A DNA stretch of 64,000 nt from Chiloscyllium plagiosum (taxonomy: Eukaryota), in contig NC_057720.1 in the NCBI RefSeq assembly GCF_004010195.1, positions 11,025,181 through 11,089,180 on the forward strand. Direction: 5' to 3'. Shown piece after piece: positions 23,700 through 35,507 of the stretch. A program made the position numbers and the translations under genes. Positions within the stretch are counted from its first letter, which is position 1, and each line of letters begins with the position of its first letter. A model generated the notes under the pieces. The model saw nothing but the letters and a program-made list of their open reading frames with translations. It made no database searches and had not been told where the DNA came from.

Positions 23700-23736
23700 G
23701 CTTTGACACAGGGTCAGTTAGACTCGAAATGTCAGC
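23700..23736 (+). ncRNA. Variant hammerhead (U3-A8 core), family D; second copy at 22594-22630(-)
   Basis: GCU-UUGACAC-A-GGGUC(AGUUA)GACUC-GAAA-UG-UC-AGC; the other copy reads GCU-UUGACAA-A-AGGUG(AGUUA)GACUC-AAAA-CG-UC-AGC. Confidence 0.6.
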
Positions 23737-25063
23737 TCTTTTCTCTCCTTACAGATGCTGCCAGACCTGCTGAGATTTTCCAGCATTTTCTCTTTTGGTT
23801 TCAGATTCCAGCATCCGCAGTAATTTGCTTTTATTCAGAAGAACATACCTTTTCAAATAACTTACAGTAGATCTTTTTTAACTGACCATCCAGAGTCAAA
23901 ATCAAGGACCAAGCAATGGTTAATTGGTGTTAATATCGAGCTCTGCTGGACCATTTATTAACATTTCATAATTTTCATAATTGGCCTGGTTAGCACTGTG
24001 CACACCTTGACTTTAAGCTTGATTAGAGTCAGAAGATTGATTACCACCTCCATCATTTGCTCTTTGAATCTTGGCCTGCAGATAGGCAAGCTTTCTGTCT
24101 GCTGTTGAATGATAAGACCAAATATTGCTGACTCCCTGAGATAAAGCTGTCATGGTTAAAACTACATACAAAACATAAGCACACAAAACGTTCCTTGATT
24201 ATTTTTTTTAGCGAGCAGCTCCCTGAAGCAGAGATTAAGAGGGCTGAGGTGTTAATGGATGTGCTTAGAAACACATACAGTTGGTGTCCACTGTAAATAA
24301 AAATGCTGGGATTAATTACACACAGGATCAGAAATTCAGCTTGAGTTTGAATCAGAGTGTTGGCTCCATATTTTCAGAACGTAATTTTGGGAGAGGACAG
24401 GTGCAGTTGAAGGGAAAGAGTATCGTGTAGAAGCCTATGGGGACACTGTGTGTTTAAAATGTGGAAAAGTTTTGACAAAAACAGGTGGAGGGAAAATCTA
24501 CGTTGTGGAGCTGATGTTTCAGCTAAGAGCTAAGAAACAGATTAAGAGGAGATTTACTTGCAGTGTTTAAAGTCATGATATTTAGATGAAATAAATAGAG
24601 GAACTATCCGACATAGTGAAAACTTTGATAGCAAGTACTAGTTAAGTTCAAGAGCGAGATTGGAAGATTTCTAGTTACTAATATCAAGAGATTCAGGATA
24701 ATGTGGGAATAGGGTGTTGAGATAGATCTTCAGCTATGATCTAGAATGGCTGAGTAGACATGAGGGGCAGAATGGCCTAATCCTGCTCCCATGTTCTTAT
24801 GGATTTGCGATAGCACCAAGATGACATGATGAGAAAGTTATTTGATAGAGGGTTTGGAATGAGCTGCCTGATTTGGTAGTGGAAGCAAATTCAGTCAAAA
24901 CTCCAGAGGTAACCGGATTAAAAAGCTGAGAAAAATTGTGGGGATATGGGGTGAGAGCAGGGAAGTGGTGCTATCCTGATGGCAAAGTTGATGGGCCAAG
25001 TAATGGAAATGTGTTGCTGGAAAAGCGCAGCAGGTCAGGCAGCATCTAGGGAACAGGAGAATC

Positions 25064-25091
25064 GACGTTTCGGGCATTAGCCCTTCTTCAG
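25064..25091 (-). ncRNA. Minimal hammerhead core (family A) in ~93-bp stub 25002-25094 with 13-bp TSD
   Basis: CUGAAGA-A-GGGC(UAAU)GCCC-GAAA-CG-UC; TSD tgatgggccaagt at 24989-25001 and 25095-25107. Confidence 0.8.
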
Positions 25092-25213
25092 GAATGATGG
25101 GCCAAGTGACCACCTCCTGAGCTCTACTGCCTAGTATTCCCCTACATTCCTGATCAGGTGTTACATGCTTTAACTGGAGAGATGGGTGAAGTAGCCAGCT
25201 GAATAAGTGGCAA

Positions 25214-27815
25214 TAGACAATAGGTGCAGGAGTAGGCCATTCAGCCTTTCGAGCCTGCACCGCCATTCAATATGATCATAGCTGATCATTCCTAATTAGT
25301 ATCCTCTTCCTGCCTTATCTCCATAACCCTTGATTCCACTATCTTTGAGAGCTCTATCCAACTCTTTCTTAAATGAATGCAGAGACTGGGCCTCCACTGC
25401 CTTCTGGGGCAGAGCATTCCACACAGCCACCACTCTCTAGGTGAAGACGTTTCTCCTCGTCTCTGTCCTAAATGGTCTGCCCCGTATTTTTAAGCTGTGT
25501 CCTCTGGTTCGGCACTCACCCATCAACGGAAACATGTTTCCTGCTGCCAGAGTGTCTAATCCTTTAATAATCTTGTGTCTCAATCAGATCCCCTCTCAGT
25601 CTTCTAAACTCAAGGGTATACAAGCCCAGTCGCTTCAGTCTTTCAGTGTAAGGTAATCCCGCCATTCCAGGAATTGACCTCGTGAACCTACGCTGCACTC
25701 CCTCAATAGCCAGAATGTCTTTCCTCAAATTTGGAGACTAGAACTGCACACAGTACTCCAGGTGTGGTCTCACCAGGGCCCTGTACAGCTGCAAAAGCAC
25801 CTCTTTCCTTCTATACTCAATCCCTCTTGTTATGAAGGTCAGCATGCTATTAGCCTTCTTCACTACCTGCTGTACCTGCATGCTTGCCTTCATTGACTGG
25901 TGTACAAGAACACCCTGATCTCTCTGTACTTCCCTTTACCTAAATTGATTCCATTAATGTAGTAATCTGCCTTCCTGTTCTTGCCACCAAAGTGGATAAC
26001 CATACATTTATCCACATTAAACTGCATCTGCCATGTATCTGCCCACTCACCTAACTTGTCCAGGTCACCCTGTAATCTCCTAACAGCCTCATCACATTTC
26101 ACCCTACCACCCAGCTTTGTAAAATCAGCAAATTTGCTAATGTTATTGCTGATACCATCTTCTATATCATTAACATATATTGTAAAAAGCTGCGGTCCCA
26201 GCACGGATCCCTGCGGTAGCCCACTGGTCACTGCCTGCCATTCCGAAATGGAGCCGTTTATCACTACTCTTTGTTTCCTATCAGCCAACCAATTTTCAAT
26301 CCAATCTAGTACTTTGCCCCCGATACCATGCGCCCTAATTTTACTCACTAACCTCCTGTGTGGGACTTTACCAAAAGCTTTCTGAAAGTCCANNNNNNNN
26401 NNNNNNNNNNNNNNNNNNNNNNNNNNNNNNNNNNNNNNNNNNNNNNNNNNNNNNNNNNNNNNNNNNNNNNNNNNNNNNNNNNNNNNNNNNNNNNNNNNNN
26501 NNNNNNNNNNNNNNNNNNNNNNNNNNNNNNNNNNNNNNNNNNNNNNNNNNNNNNNNNNNNNNNNNNNNNNNNNNNNNNNNNNNNNNNNNNNNNNNNNNNN
26601 NNNNNNNNNNNNNNNNNNNNNNNNNNNNNNNNNNNNNNNNNNNNNNNNNNNNNNNNNNNNNNNNNNNNNNNNNNNNNNNNNNNNNNNNNNNNNNNNNNNN
26701 NNNNNNNNNNNNNNNNNNNNNNNNNNNNNNNNNNNNNNNNNNNNNNNNNNNNNNNNNNNNNNNNNNNNNNNNNNNNNNNNNNNNNNNNNNNNNNNNNNNN
26801 NNNNNNNNNNNNNNNNNNNNNNNNNNNNNNNNNNNNNNNNNNNNNNNNNNNNNNNNNNNNNNNNNNNNNNNNNNNNNNNNNNNNNNNNNNNNNNNNNNNN
26901 NNNNNNNNNNNNNNNNNNNNNNNNNNNNNNNNNNNNNNNNNNNNNNNNNNNNNNNNNNNNNNNNNNNNNNNNNNNNNNNNNNNNNNNNNNNNNNNNNNNN
27001 NNNNNNNNNNNNNNNNNNNNNNNNNNNNNNNNNNNNNNNNNNNNNNNNNNNNNNNNNNNNNNNNNNNNNNNNNNNNNNNNNNNNNNNNNNNNNNNNNNNN
27101 NNNNNNNNNNNNNNNNNNNNNNNNNNNNNNNNNNNNNNNNNNNNNNNNNNNNNNNNNNNNNNNNNNNNNNNNNNNNNNNNNNNNNNNNNNNNNNNNNNNN
27201 NNNNNNNNNNNNNNNGTACTGTCACTTCCGACTGTATCCTCTCCCTCTCAAATTGCAGATTGAAGCTTACTGTATTATGGTCACTACTTCCCAATGTCTC
27301 CTTCACTTCGAGGTCTCTGACCAATTCTGGTTCGTTACACAATACCAGATCCAGAATTGCCTTCTCCCTGGTCGGCTCCAGCACCAGCTGCTCTAAGAAT
27401 CCATCTCTGAGGCACTCCACAAAGTCTCTTTCTTGAGGTCCAATACCATCCTGATTCTCCCAGTCTACCTGCATGTAGCGGTGTTGCAATAGAAAATCTG
27501 CCTGCCAGAATGCTGGTCCCTAACCTATTAAGGTGCAAAAACCGTCTCTTTTGTAGAATTTATGCTTACCACAAAATATACCCCAGTGATCCAAGAACTT
27601 AAATCCTTGCTTCCTGCACCAGTTCCCCAACCACACGTTCAAGTCTCCCTGTTTCTGGCCACACCAGCCCGAGGAACTGGGAGCAAACTGGAGATAACCA
27701 CCTTGGGCGTCCTGCTTTTCAGCCTTCTTCCTAGTTCTCCGAAGTCCCGCTGTAGTATGTTCCTCCTCTTCTTCCCGACATCATTTGTGCCGACATGTAC
27801 CACCACAAGTGGCAA
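25214..27815 (-). mobile_element. CR1 LINE spanning an assembly gap: ORF1 esterase remnant, APE remnant, RT, 3' UTR
   Basis: ORF1-like VVVHVGTNDVGKK...KVVISSLLPVPRA and HLNRLGTSILAGRF (SGNH esterase); APE QLVLEPTREKAILDLVLCN...[32 protein letters not shown]...KFADFTK. Confidence 0.92.
26393..27215. other. Assembly gap (N run)
   Basis: Direct read. Confidence 1.
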
Positions 27816-28545
27816 CTTGTGAACATAACTGGCAATGACATCAGAGTCTGAGAAGGAGTGAATGAGAGAGGCAGGGGAGAAATAACGTACCAACATCTGA
27901 AGGTTGACACAAAGTACCTGAGGCTGCAGAGACCTTATACACTCAGGAAGCAAGAACTATGCAATTATCATTAAAATGGTTGTATTGCCAACAGCCTTAA
28001 CACAAACTCGGTAAAGCACGGCAACTAAGGCTTTTGGAATGTATTCCCTTCAGTAATTGACAATTAGCCACAACTCTTAAAATGATTTATAATTCATGTT
28101 TTACATCTGCTTGGGTAAAATACAAATACTTCAAATTTCAAAGAGCAAATAGGAAGTGCTTTGTGCATTTGCCTGGAAATTTAATATAAAGGAGTTGACC
28201 AGTGAATGTGAAGTCAAGCATTTTCCTGGTTCTATGTTAGCCATGAATACAAGAGAAATGTTTAAAAGGTATTTTCAGCAGATGAGAACGACCTTGTAAA
28301 GGGATGGCTACTTCAGCCTTAGTTGCAGGCAATGGCCTTTGCCTCTCTCTTAAAAGTGATTCATCTGATCAAAGACTCTACCCTTCCCAGTCAGTTACTT
28401 CCCTTGTGATGGATTGAAATATTTCTGGTCATTTGTAGAACAGTTTGTTTAAATTAAGGTAGATTAGGTTGCCATAGTAATTGTGGATACGTTGGTTGCT
28501 TTCTTTCAAAACACTGTACAATCTGGAACATTCTGAACTAATTAA

Positions 28546-29610
28546 AGTCATAGTCATAGTCATACAGTTGTACAGCATGGAAACAGACCCTTCAGTCCAC
28601 CTTATCCATGTCAACCAGATATTCTAAACCAATCTAGCCCCATTTGCCAGCACTTGGCCCATATCCCTCTTAAACCCTTACTATTCGTATACCCATCCAG
28701 ATGCCTTTTAAATGTTGTAATTGTACCAACCTCCATCACTTCCTCTGGCAGCTCATTCCATGAACACATTACCCTCTGCATGAAAAAGTTGCCCTTTAGG
28801 TCCCTTTTAAATCTTTCCCATCTCACCTTAAACCTATACCCTCTTGTTGTGGACTCCCCTACCCTGGGAAAGAGATCTTAGCTATTCATCCTATCCATGC
28901 CCCTCATGATTTTATAAACTTCTATAGATTTGTCCCTCAGCCTCCGATGCTTTAGGGAAAGCAGCCCAGTATATTCAGCCTCTCCCTGGAACTCAAACCC
29001 TCCACCCCTGGCAACACCCTTGTAAATCTTTTCTGAATCCTTTCAAGTTACACAACATCTTTCTTATAGCAGGGAGACCAGAATTGAACTCAGTACAGTT
29101 AGACAATCCTTTATCTAAAATTCTGAAATCCGAAAAGTTCCAAAGTCCGAAGGTTTTTTGTGAAGTGTTTTTCTCATTAACAAGGTTGTTCAGGGTGCAA
29201 ACAGTTCACCTAAGTCGGCACCACTTGATGCGTGTCACTCAGATACGACGTGGTGGGGGGGTGGGGGGCGCCGTGGCCCAGCACTGGCAGGCCTCAATTC
29301 TCTCTCAAGGCCCATTTTACTGAGTGAGCCTGCTCCTCTGGTAAGATTTTTTTAAAAAATTCACCATCAAACTGTCACTTATTCTGAAATTCGAAAAATT
29401 CCGAATTCTGAAAAACCAGCTGGTCCTGAGCATTTCGGATAAAGGATTATGCACCCTTATTCCAAAAGTGGCCGAGTAAATGTCTTGTCCAGCTGCAGCA
29501 TGACCTCCCAACTCCTATGCTCAGTGTTCTGACCAATAACAGCAAGCATACCAAAAGCCTTATTCACTATCCTGTCTACCTGCGATTCTAGTTTCAAGGA
29601 ACTATGAACA
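28546..29610 (-). mobile_element. CR1 3' fragment interrupted by a DNA-transposon MITE
   Basis: ERFKRDLKGNFFMQRVMCSWNELPEEV...; the CR1 sequence is continuous across the insertion (gaactcagTA|ttccaaaag). Confidence 0.88.
29096..29457. mobile_element. Tc1/mariner (pogo/Tigger-like) MITE with TA TSD
   Basis: TA at 29094-29095 and 29458-29459; imperfect TIRs cagttagacaatcctttatctaaaat / atttcggataaaggattatgcaccct; subterminal ttc(c/t)gaaa repeats. Confidence 0.75.
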
Positions 29611-29879
29611 TAAGGGGGCACAAATGTAACCCCAGAAATTACAGACTGGCTTGACTAACATCAGTGATGATCTATGATGATCAATAACTCACTCAGTTCC
29701 ACAACTGGTCAATTAACACACCTATAAACGACTTTGTGTCCAACATGCAAACAACTGTTTATGGTATGTTAAAGCGCTGGGTTGGCAGACCGATTCGCCC
29801 AGAAGTAGGAAAACTTCTTGGCAATCAAAAGAATCCAACAACCTTAGAGTTTGCATAAGGTTTACATACATTAATCATC

Positions 29880-30102
29880 TAGGAGAAGGTGAGGACTGCA
29901 GATGCTGGAGATCAGAGCTGAAAAACGTTTTGCTGGAAAAGTGCAGCAGGTCAGGCAGCATTCATGAAGCAGGAGAATCGATGTTTCGGGCATAAGCCCT
30001 TCAGGAATTCCTGAAGAAGGGCTTATGCCCGAAACGTCAATTCTCCTGCTCCTTGGATGCTGCCTGACCTGCTGTGCTTTTCCAGCAACACATCTTTCAG
30101 CT
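29880..30102. mobile_element. Family A fold-back with 13-bp TSD
   Basis: Palindrome centred on tcaggaattcctga; TSD tacattaatcatc at 29867-29879 and 30103-30115. Confidence 0.9.
30011..30038 (+). ncRNA. Minimal hammerhead core (family A)
   Basis: CUGAAGA-A-GGGC(UUAU)GCCC-GAAA-CG-UC. Confidence 0.78.
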
Positions 30103-30989
30103 TACATTAATCATCATCAGACATGGAGCATGATTGCATAGTTAGGACCAATCAATAATTATAATTACTTCATGGGTAGTAATTTGAACCAATGATATCA
30201 ATTGCGTTGTAATGGCTTATGTCACCTTTTCACAGTTTGCAAAATGTGGTTTCATATTTCATCGACTAGACTCGCAGTTTGCAGGTGTCGTTAGTGTCTC
30301 CTTATCTCACAGCTTGCAAATGTGGTTAGTTATTTATATAGCTTTTAAGGACTAACTGTAGGATTCACATATAGGGAACCATTTTGTCCTATCTCCCAAC
30401 CGTTATTTCTGTTTTTTTTTTATTGGAATCACATCAGTCTGCGGTTTCTTGTTTCTGACTAGTTCAGAGCAATTTCATTTAGTAGTGCAGAAGCTCTTTT
30501 GTGCATTTTGCAGAAGCCATTTTGTGCAGCTCCTTTATCCATTTTGTCCTACCTCCCAGAGGCCCATTTCCTCATCAGTAGTCAGAGGATTTTGGAGTCT
30601 ATTGCAAAGGATGTGATAACAGGGCACTTTAAAAATATAAACAGGATTACATGAAGGCAACATGGGTTTATGAAGGGGAAAGCCACTAAAATTTCTTTGA
30701 GGTCCTAAATGTTCGAAGTGGTGAGGGAGAACTAGTGAATGTGGTGTTTTTCATTTTCAGAAAGCTTTAGAAGAAGTTCCACAGAAAAGGTTGATGTGCA
30801 AAGCCAAAGCACAGGTAATATACTGACAAGGATTGGGAATTGTTTAGCAAACAGGAAAAAGATAGAAAAAAAGAAATTGGTAATTTTCAGAGTGCTGACA
30901 AGGGAAACACTGGCTATCAATTATTTCAATCAAGGGATCAAATGCAACATTCCTAAGTCTTTGCAAAGCCATTAGGAATGCCAAGAGGC

Positions 30990-31250
30990 AATAACAGACT
31001 AAACTAGACTCCCAGACTAACTACACAAACACACATCGTATAGTGCTTACACCAAAGTGAAGCTGAGTAGAATCACTGACAATGATGTCCCCCACCCCAC
31101 CCTACCCCAATGAGCTCAATGCATTCTCTGCTCATTTTGAACAGAAGGTCAGTGAAATGGTGTACTGGCCCCGACAGCCTCAGATGTACCTGTACCCACA
31201 GTCACCACTGCAGACGTTAGATCGGCCCTCTTGAGAGTGAACTCACAGTA
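30990..31250 (+). mobile_element. Rex/Babar-type LINE fragment
   Basis: Encodes PNELNAFSAHFEQ...VTTADVRSALLRVN, typical of the Rex1 ORF upstream of RT. Confidence 0.6.
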
Positions 31251-31254
31251 AAAT

Positions 31255-32190
31255 TTGGTTGTGAGCATAAGAGGTATAGTTAGTAAGTTTGCAGATGACA
31301 CCAAAATTGGAGGTGTAGTGGACGGTGAAGAAGGTTACCTCCGATTACAACAGGATCTTGATCAGATGGGCCAGTGGGCTGAGAAGTGACAGATGGAATT
31401 TAATTTAGATAAATGCGAGGTGCTGCATTTTGGGAAAGCAAATCTTAGCAGGACTTATAACTTAATGGTAAGGTCCTAGGGAGTGTTGCTGAACAAAGGC
31501 ACCTTGGAGTGCAGGTTCACAGCTCCTTGAAAGTGGAGTTACAGGTATATAGGATAATGAAGAAGACATTTGGTATGCTTTCCTTTCTTGGTCAGAGTGT
31601 TGAGTACAGGAGTTGGGAGGTTGTGTTGCGGCTATACAGGACATTGGTGAGGCCACTGTTGGAATATTGCGTGCAATTCTGGTCTTCCTATCGGAAAAAT
31701 GTTGTGAAACTTGAAAGGGTTCAGAAAAGATTTACAAGGATGTTGCCAGGGTTGGAGGATTTGAGCTATAGGGAAAACACCAGTGCTGTTTTCCATGGAG
31801 CGTTGGAGGCTGAGGGGTGACCCCATAGAGGTTTATAAAATCATGAGGGGCATAGGTAGGATAAATAGACAAAGTCATTTCCCTGGGTTGGGGGAGTCCA
31901 GAACTAGAGGACATAGGTTTAGGGTGAGGGGGGAAAGATATAAAAGGGACCTAAGGGGCAACTTTTACACGCAGAGGGTTGTACGTGTATGGAATGAGCT
32001 GCCCGAGGAAGTGGTGCAGGCTGGTGCAATTGCAACATTTAAAAGGCATCTGGATGGGTATATGAATAGGAAGGGTTTGAAGAGATATGGGTCAGGTGCT
32101 GACAGGTGGGACTAGATTGGGTTGGGATATCTGGAGGGCATGGCAAGTTGGACTGAAGGGTCTGTTTCCGTGCTGTACATCTGTGACTCT
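31255..32190 (+). mobile_element. CR1 LINE 3' ~0.95 kb
   Basis: [51 protein letters not shown]; tail acatctgtgactct. Confidence 0.92.
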
Positions 32191-32199
32191 AATTGATTA

Positions 32200-32496
32200 G
32201 GTCCCAGGGATTTATCCATCTTTGTGTTTTAAGACCTCTAGTATCTGCTCTTCCATAGTATGGACACTTTCAGCAATCACTATTTATTTCCTTCGCCACA
32301 GTAAATACTGACACAAAATTCTTGTTCCGTAACTCACCCGTATCCTGTAGTTCCATACGTAGATGGCTTTGTTGATCTGTAAGGGGCCCAATTCCTTCCC
32401 TAGTTACTCTTTTTTTTTCCCCCTTAATGTCTTTGGATTCTCCTTAACACTATTTGCCAATGGTCTCTGTTTTCCCCCCTTTGCCATCTGGATTTC
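32200..32496 (-). mobile_element. Decayed CR1 ORF2 linker fragment
   Basis: LKREIQMAKGG..LANSVKENPK; homologous to 36800-37095(-). Confidence 0.7.
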
Positions 32497-32499
32497 CCT

Positions 32500-33667
32500 C
32501 TTAAGGATTGACCATACAGGTAGATGAGTAAACCGGTTGATGTGGCGAATATAGATTTCAGCAAGGCATTCAATAAGTTTCCCCACAGTAGGCTTTTGTA
32601 CAAAATGCAGGGGAATGAGATTGTGGGAGCAGTTTGGATCAGTAATTTTCTTGCTGTAAGAAGACAGAGGATGGTGGTTGATGGAACATGTTCATCCTGG
32701 AGTCCAGTTAATAGTGGTGTACTGCAAGGGTCGGTGTTGGGTCCACTGCTGTTCGTCATTTTTATAAACGACCTGGATGAGGGCGTAAAAGGGTGGGTTA
32801 GTAAATTTGCAGACGACACTAAGGTCAGTGGAGTTGTGGATAGTGATTAAGGATGTTGTAGGTTACAGAGAGACATAGATAAGCTGCAGAGCTGGGCTGA
32901 GAGGTGGCAAGTGGAGTTTAATGCAGACAAGTGTGAGGTGATTCACTTTGGTTGGAGTAACCGGAATGCGAAGTACTGGGCTAATGGTAAGATTCTTGGT
33001 AGTATAGATGAGCAAAGAGATCTGTGTTCAGGTACACAGATCCTTGAAAGTTGCCACCCAGGCTGACAGGTTGTTAAGAAGGCACACAGTGTTTTAGCTT
33101 TTATTAATCGAGGAATCGAGTTCCTGAACCATGAGGTTATGCTACAACTGTACAAAACTCTGGTGCGGCCACACTTGGAGTATTGTGTACAGTTCTGGTC
33201 ACCGCATTATAAGAAGGATGTGGAAGCTTTAGAAAGGGTGCAGAGGAGATTTACCAGGATGTTGCCTGGCATGGAGGGAAGGTCTTATGAGGAAAGGACT
33301 TGAGGCTGTTTTCGTTGGAGAGAAGAAGGTTGAGAGGTGACTTAATAGACATATAAGATAATCAGAGGGTTAGATAGGGTGGACAGGGAGAGCCTTTTTC
33401 CAAGTATGGTGACGGTGAGCATGAGGGGGCATATCTTTAAATTGAAGGGTGATAGATATCGGACAGATGTCAGAGGTAGTTTCTTTACTCAGAGTAGTAA
33501 GGGTATGGAATGTTTGCCTGCAACGGTAGTAGATTCGCCAACTTTAAGTACATTTAAGTCGTCATTGGACAAGGAATAGTGTAGGTTAGATGGGCTTCAG
33601 ATTGGTATGACTGGTCGGTGCAACATCGAGGACTGAAGGGCCTGTACTGCGCTGTAATGTTCTATGT
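32500..33667 (+). mobile_element. CR1 LINE RT and 3' end
   Basis: [12 protein letters not shown]...[21 protein letters not shown]...KFADDTK; tail gcgctgtaatgttctatgt. Confidence 0.92.
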
Positions 33668-35507
33668 ATACACTTACTGCACCTGTACTCTTTTAGGGAT
33701 TCACTTGATCTCAGCTGTCTCTATATATGAAAAATGTCATCTTAATCTTGACCGGACCCTCAATTTCTCTAGTCATCCAGCATTATCTACACCTACAGGC
33801 TTTGCCCTTCATCCTAACCTGAACACCCTGCCTCTGAGCTCTCCTTATCTCCTTTTTGAAGGCCTCCCACTTTCCAGCCATCCCTTTACCTGTGTATAGC
33901 CTCTCAGGAATCAGCTTTTGAAAGTTCTTGCCTAATACCGTCAAAATTGATGCTGAAAATAAATGTTCTCCTGTTTCTTGTGATGGATGAGGCCAGCTAG
34001 CTCAGTGATTAGAAAACTCAGAAAACAAGGCTGATGAAAAGAAAGAAATGACCATTGCTGTTCTGAAAATAGCTCCACGTCAAAGTGGAACATCAACAAA
34101 TTGGCACAGGGTCACTAGACTGTCAAAGGGGACAATGGTGGATTGAATCATCGTCCTCTAGACAACATTGTACCGACGAGAAAGAAATCCTGCTTGGCCA
34201 CAATTCCTCCACTATGAAAAAAAGCAGAAGCTTCCAACAAAGAGTGACATTCACAGAGTGGTTTAAACATGTTCATTCTCTGTCAGAAAGTCATAGAAAA
34301 GTCTTTAAGTCCTTCAATCCTGTTCCACCAGTCAATGAAGTTACAATAATCGGTGACCTCATTCCTTTGTTGTCCCAAATGCAAAGCTTCCCAAAATGTA
34401 GGCCACACTGAAGTCATGAGCTGAACCTTTGAGGTCACGAGGTCTGGGACAATAATGGCTGCCATAGCCCTCTCACTGAGTACTAACAGCTGCAAAGCTC
34501 CTTTAGATTCTCATCTTTATTGAAATATTGAATGTGGCTGAACTGGTCAAGCCTATTCCCATCCAACACCTGGAGTTAAAAGCCCTACAATCACAAAACT
34601 CTTCAACCCATTCCATCCCATTCTCGTTGGTCTCCTCCAACACTGCTCTCCAGGACTTCGGGTCAGTCATGACCCAAAATGGGGCCAAAGTTCGGGAAAC
34701 ACTGCCTTAATGTCTTTTACCTCATAAAAAAACTATCAATCTCGAATTTAAAATTAACAATTTATCTGGCATCAATTGCCATATTTTGGAAGACAGCTTC
34801 AAACTTCTATTAATCATTTATGGGAGGCTTTCCTAATCTCCCCCCCCTTTAAAGAACTGGCTGGACATTTTTAGACAATTGTTTCTAGTCCTAGATTCCC
34901 TGACCTGTGAAAATCATTTCCCTGAATCCATTCCCCAGAATATCTTGAAAACTTTGATCAAATCACCTCAGAGTTATCTAAATTCAGGAAACAGAATCCT
35001 ATTTCCCTGAGATTTAATGCTTGGAGTCCTGGTATCATACTGGTTTGTTTATAATGTACTTACTTTCAAAGACTATGTATCCTTCCCAAGGTATGGTCTC
35101 AGTGAGCTGCTCCTAATGCTTCAGAAGTGCTCTAACCAGGGCTTTGTATAATCGAAGTATGTAATCTACACTCTTGTATTCTAGTCCTCTTGATACATAG
35201 GCCTGTATTCTGTTTGCATTTTTGATTATTGTCAGCACCTATTTGTGACATTTTAAGGATTTGTGTACATGAATCTCCAAGTCCCTTTTGAACTTTATTA
35301 TTCCATTTCAATATTTAGAAAGCAGTGTTTGTGTTTTTACACCTAATGTGGCTGAATTCATATTTTCCAACACTGAAATGCACGTGCCACAGTTTTATCT
35401 CTTCACATAATTTCTTTGGAAACTTCCTGAAAAGTTACAATATTGTCTATCCTGTGTTGTCAGAATGCTTTTGATTAGGTGGCCTTCTGTGCTGTTGTCG
35501 AAGTCTT

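Larger units (their letters stand above)
22547..23833 (+). mobile_element. 5'-truncated Penelope-like element (family D): inverted pLTR, GIY-YIG remnant, pLTR; 14-bp TSD
   Basis: RFTCTSFNLVYCICCSQCGLLYIGETKRRLGDRFAEHLRSV...LPVACHFN...RKLEEQQLIFQLGTLQ. 22547-22686 is the reverse complement of 23644-23795. TSD ttcagaagaacata at 22533-22546 and 23834-23847. Internal 40-bp tandem duplication at 22798-22877. Confidence 0.92.

Noticed and set aside
26358..27489. Long ORFs of 301-373 aa (also 35894-36284 and 40783-41568)
   Set aside because: Artefacts of reading through N gaps; the flanks are CR1.
32200..33667. Twin-primed (5'-inverted) CR1
   Set aside because: The geometry fits, but the minus piece looks older and from a different subfamily than the plus piece, and no TSD was found; probably independent insertions.
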